Shown one piece after another: positions 11,390 to 23,863 of a DNA stretch of 64,000 nucleotides; the first letter of the stretch is position 1; each line of letters begins with the position of its first letter. Location: NCBI GenBank assembly GCA_051530055.1, contig CM121342.1, positions 7,634,691 through 7,698,690 of the forward strand. Reading direction: 5' to 3'. The stretch is from Neoechinorhynchus agilis. Its lineage: Eukaryota; Animalia; Acanthocephala. The notes below the pieces were generated by a model that was not told where the DNA came from, did not search any database, and saw nothing but the letters and a program-made list of their open reading frames with translations. A program made the translations under genes and the position numbers.

Positions 11390-13955
11390 TTATGCAGACC
11401 CGCGAAATAATTATTGCAAACAATTAACTTACAAGCAATCGGCATGTTAACGATTCCACTGCCGTCCCCTCGCTCCACTCGGGACTTAGCCATCCCAGCA
11501 AACCACGATTCGCCGCATGTCGCACCGTCCACGCTCGACGCTGCGGACACAGGCGCCCTCAACGCACCACTTGTTAATCACGCGGATCACGAGAGGACCG
11601 ACGCTGCAAATTCACAAAATCAACTTTGATCCGAAGAACCCGTAGATAAGAAGCAACAAACAGAAATTCCAGGTACTCTGGGAGGTGAGGCCAATGCTGC
11701 CCGATATCCGAATGTCTCGACACTTACGAAAGAGGGAGAATTTTGGACTCACGGCCCAAGGGATTCCCGATATGTTGGTTCCGGCCTTTTGCTAGCAAAC
11801 TCTGCTCCTCAGCTCAATGAACCTCTTCAGAGCATCCAAAACATCGTCCATTGCACCCCTTCGTTGCTGCAGATCGTGCGCTGCCCAGAAACATCCTGAA
11901 GCCGATCTCGAAGGGCGCTCGATTTCAGGTAGCGAAGAGGTATTCAGCTGAGCGACTGTCTCGAAACAAATACCGAAATATCTTGGACACGTCTTTTCGC
12001 ATTCCCATCTGACGAGTCCCTTGTTACCCACATCAAAAACCGGGTGTCCTCCTTCGACAATTCGTTTGGAGAGGTTCTACGCAAAGCTCGCGTTTTTAGG
12101 GGAGATTTCTCAAAGCCACCGAATCCGAGCCGAGTTTCAACCCGTTCAATGATCCAGAGAGTGCCTTCTAAATTCGCCGATGGTGAGGCGCAGTTCGCAT
12201 TCTATCATCCACCAACGAATTCGCAAGAGATGATACGAAAACTCACGAACTTCTCAGATTCGGAGATGATCCCTCGTGCACCCCGTTGAAGTTTTCGGTT
12301 GATGTTGCTAAAAAAGCCGTTTCTTCGTTCGCAAATGGGTCAGCCAATGGGCTAGGCGGGCTTCGGACTCAGCACCTAAAGGACATGATGTCCTTCTCCG
12401 TAGGTGATCCATCCCATGTTCTCCTGAAAGCCTTGACTCGGTTAGTCGGCGTTTTCTCTCGAGACAACCTGTTCTCTAAAGCGATCGAATTCTTTTTTGG
12501 CGCTTCCCTCTGCGCTTTAGAAAAGAAGGACGGTGGAATTCGTCCCATCGGGATTGGTTCTACATTGAGACGACCAGCAGGGAAAGTGATTTCTAGGCGA
12601 GTCTCAGAAGGTGTCGCCTAAATTCTTCGTCCAGTTCAACTAGGTTGCTGCATAAATCGCGACTTTGAAAATGTTCCCCCCCAGGATAGAAATGATCGAC
12701 TTTGACCGGCTTAAGCTTTTCGGCAGTTGGGTCTTTGATGGGAATGTAGAAAACGAAATTAACAGCCTTCTAGCGAAATTATCGATGCTTTGCGATAGGG
12801 TCTGTGAGCTTGGATCACACGAGGTTCTGTTCTTGATAAAGAATACCCTCTTTATCCCCAAGTTCCTTTACGCTCTACGCACTGCGCCGTTTTTCAATCA
12901 CAAGGTTCAGCATGGCAAGCGAGATGACGGATTGAAGGACTATCTCGAGCAAGTTTTAAATGTCCAGCTGCCAGAAGAGGCATGGCGACGAGCATCCTTG
13001 CCTGTATCTTCTGGAGGGTTGGGCATCCGGAAAACAGCAGACATATCCCTGCCCGCATTTCTAGGCTCCTGTGAGGGAAGCGCAGTTCAGCGCATTTTGA
13101 AATCTACTTATCGTCTTGATAGGCATTTTGAAGAGGGAATCAGTGAGTGGTGTACACTGACCAATTCCGATCAAATACAGCGACGACGTTGTCCGTGCCA
13201 GGTTGTTGGCAGTCTCCACTAGAGAATCAGGTGCTTGGTTGAACGCAGTCCCGTTTGCATCTGTTGGTATTTTCCCCTTCGACGAGGCAGTACTGCTCGG
13301 AGTTTCAATGAGATTAGGACTACCGATGTGTCGACCCCACCGTTGCCGCTGCGGTGCAAATGTGGATTCGTCGGGACGTCACGGTCTCATCTGTTGAAAA
13401 TCAGCCGGCAGATTAGCAAGACATTCCGAAATTAACATTGTGCTGAGCCGGGCACTTGTTATGCGGTAAATACCCCCAATATTTTGGAACCTGTTAACCT
13501 CTGTAGGGACGAAAGGCGTAGACCTGACGGGGTGACCGCATTTCCGTGGCGGGAGGGTAACTGCCTCCTCTAGGACGCCACTGTGTCGATACACTCGCGG
13601 CCAGCAATCTCAAGTTCTCGGTGGTTCAAGCTGGAGATGTAGCGAGCGCTGCCGAAAGCGGAAAACGACGAAATACCTCGATTTAACCTGGGCCCACTTG
13701 TTTGTGCCTTTTGGGGTTGAGACCTACGGATCTCTTGGTAGCGAGGCTCTTCAACTCCTGAAGGATCTGAAGCGACACCTTCAGGTTGCAACCGGTGATG
13801 TAAGGTCAATACCTGCTTCAAAATATCAGCATCGCCGTGTTGAGAGGCAACACTGCAAGCATTCGGGCGACAATTGAGGACGAGGACGGCTAGGCTTTTT
13901 TGCCGGATAAAGTTTTCCTCCAAGATTTTGATAAATAATGTCGGAGTAAAAAAAA
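11390..13955 (+). mobile_element. Decayed RLE-type (CRE-clade-like) non-LTR retrotransposon, copy 2
   Basis: ISKGARFQVAKR; GLGGLRTQHLKDM; ALEKKDGGIRPIGIGSTLRR; LPVSSGGLGIR; CRCG...RHGLIC; RPDG..FPWREGNCLL.DATCVD; end motif AVLRGNTASI; short A-run at about 13948. The RT core (QQGDPLG to YLDD) is deleted near 12655. Confidence 0.88.
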
Positions 13956-14610
13956 TTATTTATCATTTCATACTCAACCATAGTTTTACCTTTTAAAATC
14001 ACTTCCCAAGTATGTTAAGAACGAATCATATTGGATTTTACGGCCATCAAAAAGATATCATACCCGAATGTTATCCAGTATCATATAATTCGGATAAACG
14101 GCCTCACCGCCCAACTCGCCACCGGTCGACGTCGTGTCCCTTGCCTTTATTTCGGACTTTACTCTTTCTAATAAAGGAATTCAATTGACAATCAATTATC
14201 ATTTATGAGAAATTCAAGCGTTTTGTGTGTACTTTTTCGAGGTATTTTGAAGTGAATGCGGATTTTTAAAGCCTAAGGACCACTGCGGATACCCTATAAT
14301 CGTTTACAACAAAAATCAACGGTAACCTTCTCGTACAAAACTCAAAATTAAGGATTAGTGTTTCCGAACTCGTTGCAGACCTAAAACAAGGATATTGCAA
14401 AAAATCGGAATAACAAATCACGAAAACACGTACTAACGCAATCGGAAGCCTTGAACCCCAACCGAAAACCATTATCGATCTCGATTTTGCGATGAATCGA
14501 ATAATAGATATCGATAGTTTGGGGATTAAAAATTTGAAGAAGGTAGTGGTACGAAGGATGAGGATAATCTCCGTCACCAAGAAATGATTTAGCGACAAGT
14601 CAAAAAAGAA

Positions 14611-15270
14611 CAACAAACCCTCGACATTCTATTTTCCATGAATGGGTTTAAAACAAACATCAACACCACATTCCGTCTTTGGGCGCTTCAAAAGTTATTT
14701 GCTTTTTCTTACAACTCTCTTCCTTGTATATCCTCCCGATCCACAAATTCACTGACTATTAATCGTGGAGATTTCCAGTGATTCAAGTAACCTATTCGAT
14801 ACGTCGATTCTCTTTCCATTTAACCAGGACAAAACTGACGACTACATTGTACAGGCCATTGCGATTGACAGATTTGGAGCATGGCTGCATGAATATTTCT
14901 AGTCAAATCTTTTAGTCGAATATTACACAATTTCAGTTCGAATCGCGATTCTGAAGCAATACCAAAGTGCTCAGGTTCGTATTTTTTTATTGCATTAATG
15001 GATATTCACTTGCGGCTGAGTAGTGAATTTTGTTTACTTCGGTTACGCATTCAAAATCTTATTTTTGACTCCGTGTACCCAAGAAAGAGAATAGCCCGTA
15101 GTCTTCTCGAAATGGCAGTCGGTCTTGCGAAAAGGAAAAAATATTACAAACTAACCTTTCAGTATTATTAACATCTACAGGAGTCAAACGGTTCGTTTAA
15201 GCTCAGAGCAGAATCCAAACTGAAAATCCCTTCATGTTAAAAATTTTACCAGAAAAAGAGTCGGTGATTT
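14611..15270 (+). pseudogene. Left arm of ~660-bp inverted repeat; NAT8/camello-like GNAT acetyltransferase relic
   Basis: Reverse complement of 20685-21345 with few mismatches. Encodes SGSYFFIA...LRIQNLIFDSVYPRKRIARSLLEMAVGLAKRKKYYKLTF, whose last 39 aa align without gaps to NAT8 motif A as I recall it. Stops and frameshifts flank this segment. Confidence 0.6.
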
Positions 15271-16174
15271 CATTAAGGATACAGATCAAACGTATTTTAA
15301 GTTGTTGTCAGTTGCTTTAGAGGGACATTTAGATCTCAATAAATTAATATTTCGCTTAATTATCCATTTTCGAATCCTCGAATTGGATAAGTATTTTCTG
15401 CCAAAATTGATAAGCTTCAAACCATTTGAAAATTTCAACGATTAATTGCGATTTTGTTTAGAAATTCATTGTGCTCGAGTCGAAGACTTTTGGCTCGGAC
15501 AATTTGACAGTATTTTTAAGATCTCGGATAGAACAAATTGTAAAATATTGCTTGATTTTAGGTACGACTAAAGATAACCATAATTTAAGGGGTTTATCTT
15601 TTGGATTTTTTTCAAGTTTTAGTGCTCAAAATGTTGGAAAAGTTACTACAGGAATTAGTGACTTGTGGGGACATCATAAATTAGTAATAAACACGATCTT
15701 GGGGAAATTCCTAAAACTTGAAAATGCCCACTTCAGTCCAGCGAATATTTTTTAATTTGTAAACATAAGGAATATTTTTAGAACATTTTAGGAAGCTAAA
15801 TGAACTGTACTTTTGATTGCAATAATATTTTACACGTTTAAAGCTAAAGAAGAAAGTTTCATGAATACTATAAAAATCAAGCGCTGACTATAAAAATATG
15901 GTGGAGTCTTCAATCCGCATCAAAATTTCTGAATTTAAAATGATTTTACAATTATTTCTTATTTTTGATAACGATTTTCCTGAAATAACAGAACTGTTGC
16001 GAAAAATTCACCTTACTAATCCAGGGAATATCATCGAGAGAAAACCCTTCAAGATTCCCCTAGGAATTATTTCAATTCAATGAATGTCGATATAAGAACA
16101 AAACAAACTGATGAATCCTACGAGATTCGAAACGCCTTAAATAAAAATTCTTTACTGGGTGACGACTATCACCA

Positions 16175-16920
16175 CAACTTCAACGATAAAATATATTTTA
16201 TCCGGTGGATTATAATCTTCAAACTTCAACGACAAAGTATGCTTTATCCGGTGGATTATAATCTTAAAACTCCAACGATAAAATATATTTTTATCCGGTG
16301 GATTATAATCTTCAAACTCCAATGATAAAATATTTTTTTATCCGGTGGATTATAATCTTAAAACTCCAATGATAAAATATGTTTTATCCGGTGGATTATA
16401 ATCTTCAAACTCCAATGATAAAATAAGTTTTATCCGGTGGATTGTAATCTTAAAACTCCAACGATAAAATAAGTTTTATCCGGTGGATTATAATCTTAAA
16501 ACTCCAACGATAAAATATGTTTTATCCGGTGGATTATAATCTTGAAACTCCAATGATAAAATAAGTTTTATCCGGTGGATTATAATCTTAAAACTCCAAC
16601 GATAAAATATATTTTATCCGGTGGATTATAATCTTAAAATTCCAACGATAAAATAAGTTTTATCCGGTGGATTATGATCAACAAAACTCCAATGATAAAA
16701 TATGTTTTATCCGGTGGATTATAATCTTCAAACTCCAACGATAAAATAAGTTTTATCCGGTGGATTATAATCTTCAAACTCCAACGATAAAATAAGTTTT
16801 ATCCGGTGGATTATAATCTTAAAATTCCAACGATAAAATAAGTTTTATCCGGTGGATTATAATCTTAAAACTCCAACGATAAAATAAGTTTTATCCGGTG
16901 GATTATGATCACCGCAACTC
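16175..16920. repeat. Tandem array, 46-bp unit, ~16 copies
   Basis: Unit ACTCCAACGATAAAATAAGTTTTATCCGGTGGATTATAATCTTAAA; ATCCGGTGGATT recurs about every 46 nt from about 16200 to 16895. Confidence 0.95.
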
Positions 16921-17140
16921 CTGCGTCACTGCCGAAATGGACGATCCATTTTTTTTAATGTGCTCATTCATCGCGACCAACAATCACGTATTTAAACTGC
17001 TGACTCACAACTTTTCTTCGTGTTTCAGAGACGTCGCTTTTTCGTACATTTTCACATCACGGCTCTAACGGAGACGAAAATTCGAGCTGCCGCTGTTGAG
17101 CGTAAACGGATACCTTCGGCTGCATTGTTTCTTCAAAAAA

Positions 17141-20100
17141 ATGAGCATAAATGTCAATGACTTCCAAGCTCTACAAGTTGGTATTTTCATCCCAAATTAA
17201 ACTATACTCTTGCGTTTTTTAGGATGAGCTTATTCAACAAAAAACATTGGTTCAGGAATTAGATGAGAAATGCAGGAAATTAAGCAAAGGTATTTATAAC
17301 GTTTATAAACCAAAGTCGATTGATCGTGGAGATTTTTGTATATTCTTAAACCAGCATAAGTCGTTTTTTATCGAAAACTTCAAAGATTCTTAAGTTGTTG
17401 CTTTCGAGAAAAAAATCGACATTGGATTATTTCCAGAATGCTTGAGATATTTAAGTTACATCATTCAATCTTGTATGTTGGTCGTATTTTGTAAAATGTA
17501 AAAAGATGGTTTTCTTATTCTCAGAACCAATGGTTATTCTTAGATCTTACAAAACGTATTAATGATTCGCTGGCGTGTTTTGCCCTGCATGAACTTCAAC
17601 ATGAATCCTTTTGAGATCTTGAAGTCATGCGAACTTATTTTATTGAGTTGATATTTTTTAATTTTTGAAGAAATGAAACTTGAGCATTAAGAAGAGGCAA
17701 TACTTTAACTTCGTGAGGAAGCTTTGGGAGAAGATTTCCGGCTAATGCGTTTTTGAATCTATTTTAGAGATAATGCTCATTCACTTTGATTAGACAGTTT
17801 ATTTAAAATCCGTCAAGGGTCGTATGACTCTTTCTAAGGACCTTTTAAATTTCTCAAGTTGCATATCGGCCTATCATCTTTATAGAACTTGAACAGAAAT
17901 CCGTTGTCCCCAATGAGCCAAACATTACGAAGGTGAGTACTTAGTTGATTTGCTTTAATTATTTGAAACATTAGCTCCGAAGCTTTATAAGTCGGTCAAA
18001 TCCAAATCTCAAACGTGAGAATGAAATGCTAAGACAGCAGATGATATTTCAAGAAGAACAATTTAAATTGCAAATTGATACTCTAAAAGAAGAAATACAG
18101 AAGGTTGCTACTCTGAGCTTTACTGATGAGGTTTTTGCTCTGGTTCCTTAAATTTAATTTTGCCGTTAACATATTTTAAGCGTAATACGAATGAAAACGG
18201 TATTGATGTTCAAAATTCAGATACGGCAAATGAGTTTCATTCATTACAACTTGAAAGATCTGAATTGAGATGCGCAGCACTTCAGAGGGTGCTCCACGAA
18301 AGGTATGATTCTCTTATTCATTAATGTAATATAATATTTAAATCCGTGCTTGAAATTCAGTCGATCGAGAAATCGCGAATTTTCGCAGAAAATAATCGCA
18401 GTGGCTGAGGATAAAATAAAGAATTTTGAACAGACGATTAATTTATTGATGGAAGATCGGATAAAATGTTTCGACGTCGTTGTGAACGAAATTAAGGAAA
18501 AATTAAATTTAACAACTTGCTCGTTTAAGGTATATTTTATTCATCAGTCGCATCCATTCATTGCGGTGAAATTTAGAATTTTTTCGATCGTGATTCAAAT
18601 CGAATCACATTTTCCGAAGAATCGGTAGCATCGGTCGTGCTGGACGATTTGCTCAGCAAGGTCGAGATTTATTTGAAGCTTGACGAGCAGAAGGAAAGAT
18701 CTATTAAATATTTGGTTAGCTTAAGATTGATTTTACGACGAAAAGCTTACTATTAAATTTAAGTAAAGATTATCACGTTTTATAAGCTTCAATTTTTTTC
18801 GACAATAAAAAGTTACTTTTTAGCAGTTCAATTTTCCACCTAAACGCTCTTGATCATAACGGTTATTGTAGCTGGAATGTCTGCTAAAATATTTTTGCAC
18901 CTGATTGAAGACATTTAAAATTTTACCGATAACTTTTTATAATCTTCTGCTGGAATTTTATATATTTTTCGTCGCAATGTTTAAATTGGCACTGTTTGCC
19001 GTCCATTAATGCCGACATAATCGTATTTATTTTCACTAGAAACGGATCTCCGAATTGGAAGTTACCTCAAGACAGAAAATTGAAGAAATTCGATCGGATT
19101 GCGATTATTTAAGGGTAGAAAAAACAAACTTAGAGCAGGTGTGCCAATACTGTTCCTTGCGATTTCCCAATAAACGGGCCATAGCAATGATATTTAGGAT
19201 GTTGAGAAAGTCAAATTCGAGTCAGCCAAGAAAGCCAAGCGAGATAGATCAATGGTAAGATCATCAATCAAATAACATAGTATGATAAAACTCCATCTGT
19301 GATATTTAGATCAAAGATTTGCAAAATGAGCTTCGAACACTTAAGAGACAAACCGATCAGTTGGTACAAATCATTAAAAAAGAGAATCCCGAACGTAGGT
19401 TATATATTCTTCGACCAATCTACAATTATCATTCGCAGTCTCTGATGATGTCGAAGATATATTGGCAACATCACCGAGCGCTATAAGCGATGATTTACGG
19501 TCAGTACATAAATTTCTTATAAAATTAATTGAACATTGTAACATAGACATACTGATTCGTTGGTAAAACTTTATTGAATCACCTATTTTTAAAAATGATA
19601 CAATAGTTTTATTTTTGACTGTAGTGAAATACCTGCTTTTATTTCAAATTATTTCTTAAATAATACAACATTTAAAAAACATATTCTCGTTACAATGTCA
19701 ATTCTTAAAATCGGATGCAAACAACTATAGTTGAACGAATTTGTATTTGATAAATTTGAGAAGATTTGTTTTTAAAACTGTGTATTATTGCTAAATTGCG
19801 AGATAAAAAACTAAAAAATATTTCATCCATCAGACGCTCCTCATTTATCTGTGGATTATTTTAATTTCACTATACTTCACGTCTACACTTCATCAAGTGG
19901 ACGTTTGAATACTAGTAAAAATAATGGAATCGCTGTGGTTCCACGCAAACCCTTCGCCATGAGATATTAAGATTAATTTATACTAATGCTCATCAAATTA
20001 CACAGATCCCAATCTTCCTCAACGACAACAATTGGAGATTTCGCCAACTTGGAAACCTCGTCAAGATTGTATGACTCATTTCCACGATCATCAAGATTCA

Positions 20101-20501
20101 ACGATATTCTCTGTCGATCCGGCAGTTTTACTAAAGACAGAATTGAAACATCGAAATTGGCCGCTGAACGGGAAGTTCTCATTGAAAAAGTGAAGCACCT
20201 TGAGTCTTCAAATACATCAATGGCATCAGACCTGATCACAAAATCAGAATTAATCCATCATTTGGTGAGCCAATTGGAACTCAGAATGCCGAACGTAAAG
20301 AAGGCAGATCTATTAAATTTATCATATTGTACGAAGTGTAGCCGTCAAGCGGGTAAAAGAAGTTCCTATCGGGTAACTGAAGATCCAGTAATCAGAGCAC
20401 TTCAAAATGCCCTTGAAAATGCCCTGACTGAGAATATTCAACTCAAAAAAGATCTGGATTTTCTTTCAAATTCGAACAAGGATTCAACTACAAAGAACTA
20501 A
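17141..20501 (+). CDS. GRIPAP1: GRIP1-associated protein 1 (GRASP-1), multi-exon coiled-coil protein
   Basis: Exon 1 MSINVNDFQALQ (intron 17177-17222, 46 nt). ENEMLRQQMIFQEEQFKLQIDTL, EKVKHLESSNTSMASDLITKSELI and LQNALENALTENIQLKKDLDFLS match conserved GRIPAP1 N- and C-terminal blocks. Internal exons only partly resolved. Confidence 0.82.
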
Positions 20502-20684
20502 AAGTTTCTCAGAGTTTAATCCGGTTAGATGCAAATAAGAATTCTGTTTTCGTTTGTGTTCACAAAAACATCCTGAATGAGTTTTTCTTTATCCATTTCG
20601 AGCATAAAGGAAATTTCGTGATTTGTTTATCTTCCTTAAAAATTATTAACTCCGAAAAAGGGAAACTAGACGACGGTACACTGT

Positions 20685-21345
20685 GAAACGACCGACTCTT
20701 TTTCTGGTAAAATTTTTAACATGAAGGGATTTTCAGTTTGGATTCTGCTCTGAGCTTAAACGAACCGTTTGACTCCTGTAGATGTTAATAATACTGAAAG
20801 GTTAGTTTGTAATATTTTTTCCTTTTCGCAAGACCGACTGCCATTTCGAGAAGACTACGGGCTATTCTCTTTCTTGGGTACACGGAGTCAAAAATAAGAT
20901 TTTGAATGCGTAACCGAAGTAAACAAAATTCACTACTCAGCCGCAAGTGAATATCCATTAATGCAATAAAAAAATACAAACCTGAGCATTTTGGTATTGC
21001 TTCAGAATCGCGATTCGAACTGAAATTGTGTAATATTCGACTAAAAGATTTGACTAGAAATATTCATGCAGCCATGCTCCAAATCTGTCAATCGCAATGG
21101 CCTGTACAATGTAGTCGTCAGTTTTGTCCTGGTTAAATGGAAAGAGAATCGACGTATCGAATAGGTTACTTGAATCACTGGAAATCTCCACGATTAATAG
21201 TCAGTGAATTTGTGGATCGGGAGGATATACAAGGAAGAGAGTTGTAAGAAAAAGCAAATAACTTTTGAAGCGCCCAAAGACGGAATGTGGTGTTGATGTT
21301 TGTTTTAAACCCATTCATGGAAAATAGAATGTCGTGGGTTTGTCG
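20685..21345 (-). pseudogene. Right arm of ~660-bp inverted repeat; second NAT8-like relic
   Basis: Reverse complement of 14611-15270; contains listed ORF 20785-20979. Confidence 0.6.
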
Positions 21346-21676
21346 TTTATCCAGGATTTAACGCAATGTTGTTAACTATAATATAATAACCCATAGCTAT
21401 ATCTAGGCTCATTTATTATACTTCGAATGTAACAAAAAGCTTTGAAAGTATTTTTAAGTGACAATGTTGTCTATATTTTAACCAAAAGATTGCCGATCCT
21501 ATGTATTAAATATTTTTTTCGAATAATTACCCCTCAAAAGTCTCATGTAGTCAAATGTAACAATGAAATCTAACTTTCCATTGAACCTCCAGAATTTATT
21601 GAGCTATAAAGGATATCTTTCACTTGCAAAAACCTTCCAATTTTTCAGATTTAGAGATATTTATTTTATCATACAT

Positions 21677-22021
21677 TCATGAACGATCAGCTAAGAATTC
21701 GTCCATCGCTACGAGTGCACAATTGTTGCAATAGCTTCTCAAACTCATATGACGATCGTATTGAACAATTTGGGCTCGATTACCGCAAGTATGGCACACC
21801 ATAGGAGGACCCCCTCTGTCTTCGTCTTCAACTTCAAATTCGATGTTGTCTTGCTGCGTTTCGTTTAATGCTGCTTGTCGCTGAAGTCCTAGCCAAGTAC
21901 CAGTGTTATTTTGTTGTAGAATCTGCGGCAAATTCTCACAAGTCCAAGCAACGATTACCAAGGCACCAATGAAGTACATGCAATAAATAATGATAATAAT
22001 TATCGATAGAGCATCGAGCAT
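21677..22021 (-). CDS. Orphan 114-aa protein: N-terminal transmembrane helix plus C-terminal CxxC-x18-CxxC
   Basis: ATG at 22021; 23-aa hydrophobic stretch ALSIIIIIIYCMYFIGALVIVAW, acidic linker, then CHTC...CNNC. Confidence 0.5.
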   Translation of the reverse strand: MLDALSIIIIIIYCMYFIGALVIVAWTCENLPQILQQNNTGTWLGLQRQAALNETQQDNIEFEVEDEDRGGPPMVCHTCGNRAQIVQYDRHMSLRSYCNNCALVAMDEFLADRS

Positions 22022-22109
22022 TGTAATGCATTTCTTACATTGCAAATGTTTATAATCGTTGTTGCTAAGGAAACTTCTTAACCGATGCAAACGAACCTTT
22101 TTTTGATTT

Positions 22110-22850
22110 TGCCATCACTAGGATTGGTAATCGCATTAATCTACCCATGATTTCGTAATTTTATAGCACCAATTAACTCGTTTTTTTGGCTTAAAACTTG
22201 ATTAATCTCTTATAGTCGCTAGGCCACGATTAGACATTATACTATTTAATATTGTTTTATGGAATCGCATTAATCGGATCGTGAAAAACCCGAATTTTAC
22301 GGCACTAATTAACGGGTTTTTTGCTTAAAACTTGATTAATTTCTTATAGTCGCTAGGCCATGATTAGACATTATACTATTTAATATTGTTTTATGGAATC
22401 ACGTTAATCGGATCGTGAAAAACCCGAATTTTATAGCACTAATTAACGGGTTTTTTGCTTAAAACTTGATTAATTTCTTATAGTCGCTAGACCATGATAA
22501 GACATTTGTTTTATGGAATCGCATCAATCGGATCGTGAAATTTTACGGCACCAATTAACGGGTTTTTTTGCTTAAAACTTGATTAATATCTTATAGTCGC
22601 TAGGCCACGATTAGGCATTATACTATTTAAAATTGTTTTATGGAATCGCATTAATCGGATCGTGAAAAACCCGAATTTTACGGCACCAATTAACGGGTTT
22701 TTTTGCTTAAAACTTGATTAATTTCTTATAGTCGCTAGGCCATGATTAGACATTTGTTTTATGGAATCGTATCAATCGGATCGTGAAATTTTACGGCACT
22801 AATTGACGGTTTTTGTTTAATACTTGATTAATTTCTTATAGCTTCTAGAC
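22110..22850. repeat. Tandem array with ~134- and ~113-bp unit variants, ~5.5 copies
   Basis: Anchor CTTAAAACTTGATTAAT at 22190, 22324, 22458, 22571, 22706 and a degenerate copy at about 22816. Confidence 0.92.
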
Positions 22851-22990
22851 TATTGAAAATTTTCAATGATTGAAGAGCACATTAAGTTCCAGTAACGTAA
22901 AGTTTTCACTCGGAAAAATCGATACAATAAGGCTTTTATGTTAAAAACTTCGCATTTCGTACGAACAATTTTAATTTTTAAACTCTTTTA

Positions 22991-23863
22991 ATGCGCAAAA
23001 TCTGCCTTGGCAACGGAAAAAACTATACCCGAAATATGTTTCTAATGAAAAACATGAAATCCAATAACAAGGCAATTAATGCTCGGGAGAAGAACTCTGT
23101 TCAAAGCGATTGCTCATTATTGTCGAGCAGTGAATCGCTTTGCTTTGAACCCGATGAAAGTTATCATGACATTTCCAAACACATAGGACTTATTGTCACC
23201 AAGATAAGCTTTTATACTTTGCGCATTCTCTGTAGATTTATAATGGAGAATTCAGAATTTGGTGTATCGGATGTTATTAAGAAATTCGTCGACAATTTAT
23301 TAGGGAATGTTTTTGATAAAAATGGTAGATCGATTGTCATATAGTAACATTCGTGTAAACTTGGAAACTTTTAAATCTAAATGAGCATTATAGAATATGG
23401 TGGTTGCTTAGAATAATTTTTTGATTTTGTTAAAATTTTAATTTGGGGCACTTGTATTTCAAAACGTGTAACTTTCGATCTATCTGACATGAAAAGGAAA
23501 TATTGCAAGTTAACCGGAATAAAGAGCACCAAACAAATGCCTGAGAATCTTCAGATGAAAAGTACAGACCTAATTGCAATTACGCTACCTATGAGAAATG
23601 AAATAGTCGAAACTGTCTATAATACAATATTCTCTGAGCTTGAACGAGGTGTATTTGAGACCGAACAAGATATTAAAACGCTGTTAGAAACAACTAAAAG
23701 TGCGATGGATGCATTCGTCTTTGGATTTGAAGCATACACAAAACAAATGGGCATAAATTTTGATTACAAAAAAATTCTTCGAATTTTAAAAAATAAATTC
23801 ATTATTGGACTTCAAGAATATCGAACAATGTTTGTCGTACGTGACCGAAAAATCTTTAGATGA
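22991..23863 (+). CDS. Two consecutive orphan ORFs (117 and 124 aa), possibly one spliced gene
   Basis: Both start with ATG and have protein-like composition. Possible donor at about 23325, but no convincing acceptor found; no recognisable domain. Confidence 0.3.

Noticed and set aside
16080-16325. ORFs inside tandem arrays (also 45828-46228)
   Set aside because: Products of the repeat units; unit lengths of 46 and 101 are not multiples of three.
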